From an uncultured Bacilli bacterium (GTDB lineage: Bacteria > Bacillota_I > Bacilli_A > RF39 > UBA660): DNA of 64,000 nt. The translations under genes and the position numbers were made by a program. Below the pieces are notes generated by a model. The model saw only the letters and a program-made list of their open reading frames with translations. It did no database searches and was not told the origin of the DNA. How positions within the stretch are numbered: the first letter of the stretch is position 1; each line of letters starts with the position of its first letter. The stretch is taken from the NCBI GenBank assembly GCA_934149105.1, contig CAKPDP010000002.1:49700-113699 (forward strand), read 5' to 3'. Shown here in pieces: positions 21,193 to 29,603 of the stretch.

Positions 21193-21453
21193 ATGGATAA
21201 TAGAGATATGTTTTATGGAGGATATCAAATGATGGGTCCTGTACCTATGTATCCTAATATGGGTACTAATATGTATCCTAATATGCATAGTAGTAATAAT
21301 AATAATTATGATTATATAGATAATAAAATTAGTAGAATTGAAAATCAGATTAAATCTATTAATCAAAGGCTTAATAGGTTAGAGGCTCCTTATAATAATA
21401 AATATAATAGTAATTATAATAATGAACCTGATAATAATATGTATATGATGTAG
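21193..21453 (+). CDS. Small Asn/Tyr/Met-rich protein (possible spore-coat-like protein)
   Basis: Good RBS AAAGGAGATTAT before the ATG; repeats YPNMGTNMYPNM; central coiled segment. Confidence 0.4.
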   Translation: MDNRDMFYGGYQMMGPVPMYPNMGTNMYPNMHSSNNNNYDYIDNKISRIENQIKSINQRLNRLEAPYNNKYNSNYNNEPDNNMYMM

Positions 21454-21485
21454 AAATACTCTTATGTAAGGGTATTTCTTTTTAT

Positions 21486-24074
21486 TTAGATGGTTCTTTG
21501 TTTTTTTAGAATTTTTAAGATAAGTTTTCTTAGGATATCGATGGGAATAACGGTACTGGCAAGAATGATCATGAGAAGAAATTCTTGGGTATTTAGTCCG
21601 ATGGTTCGGAATATGGTTCCACCATAATAGATCATAAGAATTTGAATAAGGGCAATTAGAGAGATAATTAAGATAAAGATTTTGTTTTTAGTAATGTATT
21701 TAAAGATATTTAAACTAGTGGTACGAGAATTAAGACTATTAAAGATACCCATGAAGATAAAAAGGCCAAAGAAAGCGGACATAAGATGAGTGTTACTACG
21801 ATAGAAGGAATTTATAAAAGGAGACTTTAGGAAGAAGAGACAAAGAAGAGAAGAATAAAGACCTGTTATTAGGATTTCATTTAACATATAGGGATTAAGA
21901 ATAGCTTCAGTTTTAGTTTTAGGATATTCGTTCATGTAGTCTAGATCGGGTGGTTCATAGGAGAAGGCTAAACCCGCTAAGGTATCCATGACCATATTGA
22001 TCCAAAGCATTTGAATAACGGTAACAGGAGTGTCTATGCCGATAAAGGGGCCTATTATAGAGATACTGATGGCACACATGTTGATGGTTAGTTGGAAGAT
22101 TATAAATTTACGAATACTTTTAAAGACAGTTCGGCCATAGAGAATGGCTTTGGTTATAGATAAAAAATTATTATCAATTATAACGATATCACCTGCTTCT
22201 TTAGCAACATCAGTACCACTACCCATGGCAAAACCGACATCGGATTTTTTAAGGGCAGGAGCATCATTGACACCATCGCCAGTCATACCGACGACAAGAC
22301 CTTGTTCTTGAGATAATTTAACGAGGCGACTTTTATCTTGAGGAAGAGCTCGAGAGATGACTTTGAGATAAGGTAATTTTTCTTTTAGTTCGGAGTCTGA
22401 CATGTTATTTAGTTCGGAGCTGGTTAATAAAAGATCTTGAGGACTGGTGATCAAGCCTACTTCTTTGGCAATACTTTGGGCAGTATCTTTGTTATCACCA
22501 GTTATTAAGACAGTTTGAATATGGGCTTTAGTTACTAAAGCTAGAGCTTCTTTAACCTCATTTCTTATTTCATCTTTGATAGAGATTATTCCTACTAGAG
22601 TTAAATGTTTAAAAGAGGTTCTATAGAGATCACTTCCTTCTGCCACTAAGATGATACGCATACCATTTCGAGATTTATTAGTAATAATACTTTCGATTGT
22701 TTGAGGATTTTTTAAAGGTAATTTAAGTCCTTCTTCATTATAATAGAAATCACAATAAGGAAGAATTTTTTCATAAGATCCTTTAATTAGGAGCTTTTTT
22801 TCACCATTTAGATTGATAGTACAGGTAGAATATTTATTGAGACTATTGAAATTAGTTTTAGATATTATTTTGACAGAAGAACTGGGATTTAGTTTAACAA
22901 AATTTAAAAGAGCTCTATCAGTAGTGTTACCCCCTACTATCTTATCAATGGTTTTATCATAATAGGCATCATTATTATAGACAAGATTTTCGATAAAGAG
23001 CCTGCGATAGTTAGAAGGAAGTTCAGATAGATGATTATAAGTTTTGTTATTAGCAAGAGTAACTTCTACTACTTCAAGGGTTCCTTTAGTAAGAGTTCCA
23101 GTTTTATCAGTGAAAAGAATGTTAAGACTACCAGCGGTTTCTATTCCGACTAGTTTTCTGACTAAAACATTGTTGGTTAACATTCTTTTCATGTTAGAAG
23201 ATAAAACTAAAGTTATCATCATGGGAAGACCTTCGGGGACGGAGACTACGATTATGGTAACTCCTAGGGTTAGAGCATGAATTAAGTAATCAGAAATGGT
23301 TCGAAAGTTAGTGATGGTAGAAAGAATTTGGTTTTTATCAAAGTTGTTAGCTAGAACTATTTCGGCGAAAAGATAAGATAACATGACTAAGATAGCACTT
23401 ATGTAACCGATTTTACTAATAGTGGCCGCTAAGGAACTTAGACGAGTTTTCAAAGGAGACGGACTAGATTTTTCTTGAATTTCTAAGGCCATTTTGCCAT
23501 AAAAGGTTGCATTACCAATTTGGGTTACTAGGACTTTAGCGTAACCATTAGTCACTATGGTTCCGCGATAGACGGGGCTATTTAGAGTTTTTTCTTGTTC
23601 ATGGGTTTCACCATTCATAGATGATTCGTCGACTTCTAATTTTCCAGAGACTAGCAGACCATCGGCAGCGATTTTATCTCCAGACTCTAAGATCAAAATA
23701 TCATTTAAGACAACATCATCAATATTTATTTCAGTAGGAGTATTATTCCTTAAGACTTTCACTTTTATCTTGGAATATTCTTCTTGTAATCTTTCAAAAG
23801 CTTTGGCACTGCCATACTCAGAAATAGTGGAAATAGAACTTGAGACTAAGATAGCGATGACGATACCTAAAGTTTCATACCAATCAAAATCTTGAAAAAG
23901 AAAGATAGTTTTGACAGCTAGAGCAATTAAGAGGATCTTGATAATAGGATCGCCTAAAGTTTCTAAGAATAATTTAAAGAAAGAATCTTTTTTTAGAGTA
24001 GTTATGCTATTAGTTCCATATTTTTTTCGGCTTTCTAGGACTTCTTTAGTAGTTAAACCAGTTTTATGTTGCAT
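21486..24074 (-). CDS. Ca2+/cation-transporting P-type ATPase (P2 type)
   Basis: DKTGTLT phosphorylation motif, TGDN and GDGVNDAPAL motifs; 862 aa with about 10 TM helices. Confidence 0.85.
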   Translation of the reverse strand: MQHKTGLTTKEVLESRKKYGTNSITTLKKDSFFKLFLETLGDPIIKILLIALAVKTIFLFQDFDWYETLGIVIAILVSSSISTISEYGSAKAFERLQEEYSKIKVKVLRNNTPTEINIDDVVLNDILILESGDKIAADGLLVSGKLEVDESSMNGETHEQEKTLNSPVYRGTIVTNGYAKVLVTQIGNATFYGKMALEIQEKSSPSPLKTRLSSLAATISKIGYISAILVMLSYLFAEIVLANNFDKNQILSTITNFRTISDYLIHALTLGVTIIVVSVPEGLPMMITLVLSSNMKRMLTNNVLVRKLVGIETAGSLNILFTDKTGTLTKGTLEVVEVTLANNKTYNHLSELPSNYRRLFIENLVYNNDAYYDKTIDKIVGGNTTDRALLNFVKLNPSSSVKIISKTNFNSLNKYSTCTINLNGEKKLLIKGSYEKILPYCDFYYNEEGLKLPLKNPQTIESIITNKSRNGMRIILVAEGSDLYRTSFKHLTLVGIISIKDEIRNEVKEALALVTKAHIQTVLITGDNKDTAQSIAKEVGLITSPQDLLLTSSELNNMSDSELKEKLPYLKVISRALPQDKSRLVKLSQEQGLVVGMTGDGVNDAPALKKSDVGFAMGSGTDVAKEAGDIVIIDNNFLSITKAILYGRTVFKSIRKFIIFQLTINMCAISISIIGPFIGIDTPVTVIQMLWINMVMDTLAGLAFSYEPPDLDYMNEYPKTKTEAILNPYMLNEILITGLYSSLLCLFFLKSPFINSFYRSNTHLMSAFFGLFIFMGIFNSLNSRTTSLNIFKYITKNKIFILIISLIALIQILMIYYGGTIFRTIGLNTQEFLLMIILASTVIPIDILRKLILKILKKQRTI

Positions 24075-24159
24075 ATCTTATCACCTAATAAAGTGTATTA
24101 AGGAATAAGATAGTTAAGAAATAGTTTAAGGATACAAAATATAACAAAAAAAGAACAAA

Positions 24160-24780
24160 TTATTGCTCTTTAATGTTATTTCTTTTATAGAATATGATTA
24201 GAGATAATCCAAAGATAGAAATACAAGTTCCAAGAATAGTTAGCCAAGGATTTTTTAATGATAAGGTATCTACAACATTTACATCATTAGTAATACTATT
24301 ATTCGAATTAGTACTAGAACTTTGGGAATTCTCATTATACATAACTAATTTTATATCTTTATCTTTAATAGTGAATTCAACGACATCTTCATTTAATGAA
24401 TAACCCTCTGGAGCACTTTCTTGTTCTAGAGTATATTTTCCTTTAGGAATAGTATTAACTACATAACTCTCTTTAGTAGTAGTCCATCTTTCTATTACTT
24501 GACCTTTATCATTTTTAATGCTTAGAGTAAAACCTTCAATTTGATCACTGGTATTTTTATCTAATAATGATATTGTTACTTTGTAATAGTTTTGATTATT
24601 TTTGGTTTCTTCCCAATCGGTATTGTTCTTACTTTTAATGACAACATTTCTTAAAACTAAGCCAATACCAATAATAGCCAAAATTATTAGGCCATATTTT
24701 ATTACATTGCTCAAATTTATCCCTCCCTGAATGTGATTTATTTGATTATTTATACTATCACTTAGAGGGGTAAAAGTCAA
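24160..24780 (-). CDS. Small membrane protein with a single Cna-B-like domain
   Basis: N-terminal TM helix; QESAPEGYSLNEDVVEFTI; C-terminal NPWLT plus hydrophobic helix plus KRNNIKEQ. Confidence 0.4.
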   Translation of the reverse strand: MTFTPLSDSINNQINHIQGGINLSNVIKYGLIILAIIGIGLVLRNVVIKSKNNTDWEETKNNQNYYKVTISLLDKNTSDQIEGFTLSIKNDKGQVIERWTTTKESYVVNTIPKGKYTLEQESAPEGYSLNEDVVEFTIKDKDIKLVMYNENSQSSSTNSNNSITNDVNVVDTLSLKNPWLTILGTCISIFGLSLIIFYKRNNIKEQ

Positions 24781-24814
24781 TTAGAAATACGAAAAAAAGA
24801 ACTATTTTTAGTCC

Positions 24815-25372
24815 TTACTTTCTAGATACGTACTTTCCATCTTTAGTACTTACAATTATTTCTTCGCCCTCACCTATGAATAAAGGAACTTTTACTAACA
24901 TACCAGTTTCAATAATTGCATCTTTAGTAGCATTAGTAGCGGTATTTCCTTTAATTGCAGGTTCAGTATTGGTGATTTTATAATCAATTTTTTCAGGAAG
25001 TTCAATACCAAGCATTTCATTTTCAAAGAAGATTAAAACTACTTCTAAGCCTTCTTTTAAGTATTTTACTTCATCTTTTATTTGGCTTTTATCGATGTCA
25101 ACTTGTTCATAAGTTTCCATATTCATAAAGCTATAACTATCACCAGTGTTGTATAAATATTGCATTGTTATTTTACTAACATGTGCTGTAGGAATTTTAA
25201 TACCTGCATTAAAAGAATATTCGGCAATAGAACCTGTACGAAGATTTTTTAATTTTGCTTTAACAATAGCAGCTCCTTTTCCAGGCTTTACGTGTTGAAA
25301 TTCTAATACTTGGTATAAATTTCCGTCGTAATTAATAGTAACACCAGTTTTAAAATCATTAACATTTATCAT
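24815..25372 (-). CDS. efp: Elongation factor P
   Basis: KPGKGAA hydroxylysine/beta-lysylation loop; 185 aa. Confidence 0.9.
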   Translation of the reverse strand: MINVNDFKTGVTINYDGNLYQVLEFQHVKPGKGAAIVKAKLKNLRTGSIAEYSFNAGIKIPTAHVSKITMQYLYNTGDSYSFMNMETYEQVDIDKSQIKDEVKYLKEGLEVVLIFFENEMLGIELPEKIDYKITNTEPAIKGNTATNATKDAIIETGMLVKVPLFIGEGEEIIVSTKDGKYVSRK

Positions 25373-25390
25373 TTTTCTTGACCGTCCTTA

Positions 25391-25558
25391 CTATTTTTTT
25401 TCTGTATGTTCAGTTGTCTTTTGACATTTTGAGCAATATTTATTTAATTTTAACTTTTCAGTAGTGTTCTTTTTATTTTTACTAACAGTGTAGTTTTGAT
25501 TTTTACATTCACTACAAACTAAAGTTACTAATACTCTATTTTCATTCTTCTTTGCCAT
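25391..25558 (-). CDS. rpmG: 50S ribosomal protein L33 (not in the ORF track because it is under 60 aa)
   Basis: Minus-strand translation MAKKNENRVLVTLVCSECKNQNYTVSKNKKNTTEKLKLNKYCSKCQKTTEHTEKK carries the L33 CxxC...CxxC zinc ribbon; GGAGG RBS. Confidence 0.8.
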   Translation of the reverse strand: MAKKNENRVLVTLVCSECKNQNYTVSKNKKNTTEKLKLNKYCSKCQKTTEHTEKK

Positions 25559-25658
25559 AATATTCCCTCCTTCAAAGTAATCTTTACATATTATATCACA
25601 TTATCTTTAAAATTCAAATAATTTATGTATTTTTTATCTGTAGGTTTATTAGATTAAG

Positions 25659-27902
25659 TTAATTATCACCATATAATTCAAAATATTTATTAACGACGGC
25701 AGAAGATACTCGTCTATTGATACTACTAGCATAAGTGGAATTTCCATTATCTATATCAGGGCTCATGACAGCAATAGCCATTTTAGGATTGTCGTAAGGA
25801 GCATAACCGACGAAGCTGGTACTAATAGTTTCAGTATCGACTTTGCCATCACCATCGGTATCGATGAAACTTTGACTGGTTCCGGTTTTGCCAGCACTGA
25901 TATTATCGTAGTTTCCCATATAGCCATTACCAATGCCGTGGCTAACCGTCTCTCTTAGACCTTCATGAACTCTATCCATATATTTCTTTTCGACATCAAC
26001 GGTACCTTCAACTTTGGTAGAAGTAGTATAAATTTTTTCATCAAAGGAATTACCATTATCATCTGGTTTATAGACTTCTTTTAATAAGTAAGGTCTATAT
26101 CTAGTTCCTCCGTTAGCAAGAGTAGTTATGTACTGAGATATTTGAATTGGGGTATAGGTATCGTACTGACCAATAGAGAAATCTAGAAGATGACCAGGAA
26201 GAGTGCTTTTACCACTATAACCTAAACTTTCGTTAGGAAGATCAATTCCGGTTTTAACGCCTAAACCAAAGGATTTATACATATCTCTATATTTGTCGAA
26301 GGCACTAGGATCTATAGTTAAGGCTTTATCATAGACATAGTTTCCACCACCAACTTTGATGGCTATTTTGTATTGATAAACATTAGACGAGTATGCTAAA
26401 GCAGTTATATCATTGATTCTACCCATAGTACGCCAAGAACATTTTTCAGGGGTTCCTTTTATTTTTAAACATTCATCAACTTGGTATTCGCCAATAGAGA
26501 TAGCACCATATTTATAACCTACTAAAATAGAGGCTCCTTTAACAATACTACCAGGAGTTACAGAAGTGGTTACAATACCAGGTGTATAATCAATAACTTT
26601 ATATGAACCATCACTTTGAGTTACAACTTGTTTACCGGCCATGGCAAGAATTTCTCCACTATTAGGATCAGTTATAACCACAAAGGATCTATTATAATAT
26701 TCAGTATTTTTCTCTGACTTGGCAGCTAAGACTTCTTTAGTTAAAACTTCTTCTAGATATTGTTGAAGTTCAATATCAATAGTTAAAACTAGATCGTTAC
26801 CTCTTTTTCCTTCACTTACTAATTCATAACTATTATCACTTAGAACGCGATAAACCGATTTAGTTCCTTTCAAATAATTTTCATATTGATATTCTAGATA
26901 ACTTATCCCTACTCTATCATCTAGGCTATAACCATTTTTTAGATAATAATCTTTTAATTCTGAAGGTATACCTTGATTAGAACTAGAGACACTTCCTAAG
27001 ATAGATTTAAATGTGTCGCCATAATTGTAGACGCGTTCCCAATCTACTTTAGTATTAAAGCCTGGTAAGTCATCAATATGTTCAGAAATTAGAGCATATT
27101 CTTCATTACTGACATCGACGTTTTTAATTATTTTTTCAGCATAACTGTATCCTTTATTCATAAGGTAATAGATATAAGCAGCTTCTTTATCGAGATCATT
27201 ATAGATACTTAGATCTTCTTCTGTTATACGTTCATATATTAAATCTTCTAAATCATTATCATCGAATTTTCTTTCTTTGTATTTTTGTAATTCTTGAGAA
27301 GTTATTTTATTTTGGGCTTCTTCTTTATTAGAAGCATACCAGAAATCTTTAAGAATTTTATCCGTTAATTTAGAATAGTCAACTTCTATTAGATTAGCTA
27401 CTTTATAGGCTAAATCTATTTCTTCTAAACTAGTTACACCACTTACTTTTTTATAATAAATAGTTTTAACAGCTTCATTATCAACTATTAATTTATGGTT
27501 ACGATCATAAATTCGACCTCGTGGAGCACTATTTCCTTCAATAGTATTTTCGGTTGCTTTAGCTAATTCAGTGGTATAATTATCAACTTTTAAGACTTGA
27601 AGATTAAATAAGCGAGCAGAGATAATGCCAAATAATAAGAAAATTACAACGGTTATAAAGATGTAACGACCATCAATTATAGCATTTAAATAACTATTAG
27701 TAGACCTAGAATATTTATTAAAAGATAAAGGAGAACTCTTTCTGGAATACTTATATTTCTTTTTAGAGTTATTTAAAAATAATCGGGAATTAGGTTTAGA
27801 TATTTTCTTTTGTTTATGAATAGTATTAAGAGGCTTATGGCGGCCAAATAAAGTAGCATGAGATGTTAATTTTATTTTTTTATTTTTAGAAAATAGTTTC
27901 AT
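25659..27902 (-). CDS. Class B penicillin-binding protein (transpeptidase)
   Basis: SxxK (PGSIVK), SxN (YSSN) and KTG (GKTGTSQ) motifs; N-terminal membrane anchor. Confidence 0.85.
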   Translation of the reverse strand: MKLFSKNKKIKLTSHATLFGRHKPLNTIHKQKKISKPNSRLFLNNSKKKYKYSRKSSPLSFNKYSRSTNSYLNAIIDGRYIFITVVIFLLFGIISARLFNLQVLKVDNYTTELAKATENTIEGNSAPRGRIYDRNHKLIVDNEAVKTIYYKKVSGVTSLEEIDLAYKVANLIEVDYSKLTDKILKDFWYASNKEEAQNKITSQELQKYKERKFDDNDLEDLIYERITEEDLSIYNDLDKEAAYIYYLMNKGYSYAEKIIKNVDVSNEEYALISEHIDDLPGFNTKVDWERVYNYGDTFKSILGSVSSSNQGIPSELKDYYLKNGYSLDDRVGISYLEYQYENYLKGTKSVYRVLSDNSYELVSEGKRGNDLVLTIDIELQQYLEEVLTKEVLAAKSEKNTEYYNRSFVVITDPNSGEILAMAGKQVVTQSDGSYKVIDYTPGIVTTSVTPGSIVKGASILVGYKYGAISIGEYQVDECLKIKGTPEKCSWRTMGRINDITALAYSSNVYQYKIAIKVGGGNYVYDKALTIDPSAFDKYRDMYKSFGLGVKTGIDLPNESLGYSGKSTLPGHLLDFSIGQYDTYTPIQISQYITTLANGGTRYRPYLLKEVYKPDDNGNSFDEKIYTTSTKVEGTVDVEKKYMDRVHEGLRETVSHGIGNGYMGNYDNISAGKTGTSQSFIDTDGDGKVDTETISTSFVGYAPYDNPKMAIAVMSPDIDNGNSTYASSINRRVSSAVVNKYFELYGDN

Positions 27903-28044
27903 ATTACAAGCCTCCTTTTCACTTAATTATTATATCATTACCAATATTAGGATGCAACTTATTTGCAGATTATTTACACATAAAAATTAGAGCTTTTTAG
28001 CATTTTTAAATAAAGGTTACATAGAATTAGTTAGGTGAATAATA

Positions 28045-28305
28045 ATGAATATATATTTGATAGAACAGTACGTTAATAAAATTACAAAGAAAGATATAAA
28101 TAAATTTTTTCTGAATAGAGGAATTAATTTAACAAAAAGAGAATTAGACTGTTTATATGATCATTTAAAGAAAGATTATAAAACATTTATTTATGGTAAT
28201 CAGAGAGCAATAATGGATGAAATAAAAAAAGAAGTAGAGCCTAATACTTATAATCAGTTAGAAATGCTCTACTATCAATATAAAGATAAATTAAATTTTA
28301 ATTAA
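28045..28305 (+). CDS. Small hypothetical protein
   Basis: 86 aa ORF on the plus strand, divergent from the PBP; no recognisable motif. Confidence 0.3.
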   Translation: MNIYLIEQYVNKITKKDINKFFLNRGINLTKRELDCLYDHLKKDYKTFIYGNQRAIMDEIKKEVEPNTYNQLEMLYYQYKDKLNFN

Positions 28306-28890
28306 TTTTCAGAATTAACTTCGTAACCATTTTTTATTACTAGGACTAAACCTTTTAGTTTAGAGTTAGTAGTTTTAAGATTAAATTTACGATAGTCATA
28401 TTTTAAGTATTCGTCATCAGTAGTAAGATAATAGTGATCAGAAAAGACTTTTTTATCTATATCTTCTACTATTTCTTTTAAATCCATATAGCCGGTATCA
28501 TCGATCATTCCAAGACCAGATCCATCAATAATCCTTTGATAACGATAACATAAACTATTTTTTCTTCTCTTGATCCTAAATAAGTTATAGTAAAATCATC
28601 GGGTGTTCCAAGATCATATTCCATTTCTAGTTTGTCATTCTCATTTAATTTAAGATTAGTTAGTCTAGTTTTAGAAGCGTATTGATAATCAGGAAAATCT
28701 GATAAATCATTAAAACTACTGTATTTATCATTTTTATAAGTTATGTTATAAGAATGATACGCTAAGGAATTAAAGCTTGCTAAGATAGTATAGGCCAGAT
28801 CGGCAATGGTACTATTAGAATTTACTTCTATTTACGCCAAATTTTAGTTTCTAAATCTTTGATCCCAATTTCAAATAGAAAAACTTCATT
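28302..28890 (-). pseudogene. Disrupted pRiA4b ORF-3-like family gene (in-frame stop plus at least 2 frameshifts)
   Basis: Three consecutive minus-strand frames read MNEVFLFEIGIKDLETKIWRK* / EVNSNSTIADLAYTILASF...LEMEYDLGTPDDFTITYLG... / ...MIDDTGYMDLKEIVEDIDKKVFSDHYY...; the IWRK motif and the acidic DFxxxWEHEI-like segment resemble the PRiA4_ORF3 domain. Confidence 0.45.
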
Positions 28891-28988
28891 CATAATATTT
28901 TTCCTCCTTTATTATGAAATTTAGGTTAAATACTGGTTGTTGGTATTATTAAATAATAGCAAAATGAGAAAAAAGCAACTAAAAAATA

Positions 28989-29037
28989 AGTTATCGACCA
29001 CTTTTTGGTGCTTGTATGTCAAAAGTGATCGATAACT
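28989..29037. repeat. 17 bp inverted repeat (AGTTATCGACCACTTTT ... AAAAGTGATCGATAACT, one mismatch) with a 14 nt loop, flanked by A/T runs
   Basis: Read directly from the sequence; could act as a bidirectional terminator-like hairpin. Confidence 0.5.
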
Positions 29038-29240
29038 CATGCTTTTTTTATGATTTTTCAATATTTTATTTTAAATCTTCTTTATTATAAATAAAATCTA
29101 CTATATTAACATTATTTATTCCGTTTATATTTTTCTAATTGAAATTCTATAAATAACCTAAGTGTTGAATGATAATCTTTTTGTTATATTTTTTTATTAA
29201 TATTATTTATTTTTTATCGTAATACTATACAAGTTAAAAT

Positions 29241-29308
29241 ACCGGGCTGACACCGTTGGTGTTGTTCGCATTGTTGTTGTTGAAGTTGTTAGGCGAACCC
29301 GACCACCA
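29241..29308 (-). repeat. Template-repeat-like, AAC-codon-rich partial copy of the 3' end of the 29604..31403 gene (DGR TR-like; shorter than the VR)
   Basis: Minus-strand TGGTGGTCGGGTTCGCCTAACAACTTCAACAACAACAATGCGAACAACACCAACGGTGTCAGCCCGGTA aligns with the gene 3' end; most mismatches fall on adenines of this copy. Confidence 0.5.
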
Positions 29309-29603
29309 CACAAGCAGAGAGAACTCGGGATCCAGAATTTTTTTACGGTTTAATCCTAAGTTAATCTATATTAAACTACATAATTATATAGCTTAACCCA
29401 ATTTTTCTAAAAAAGTTTTCCTTTCTTTAAAATTCTAACATCTAATTCTAGCAAGTTCATTCTGAACTTGCTATCTCCCACCCGGCCACCTTTATATATT
29501 TTTATTATCTTTGTTTTTACTATGCTGTTAGTTTGCTTGCCCTCAAAGGGTTTCTCGGGCTTTTTCTCAGTCTAAAGAGTACTGGGACTTAGTTTTGATT
29601 TTT

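Noticed and set aside
28509-29603. Searched all six frames for a reverse transcriptase or Avd gene to complete the DGR
   Set aside because: Only AT-rich non-coding DNA, the TR-like fragment and the pRiA4b-like pseudogene are present. There is no YxDD-containing ORF; the RT is absent from this window.
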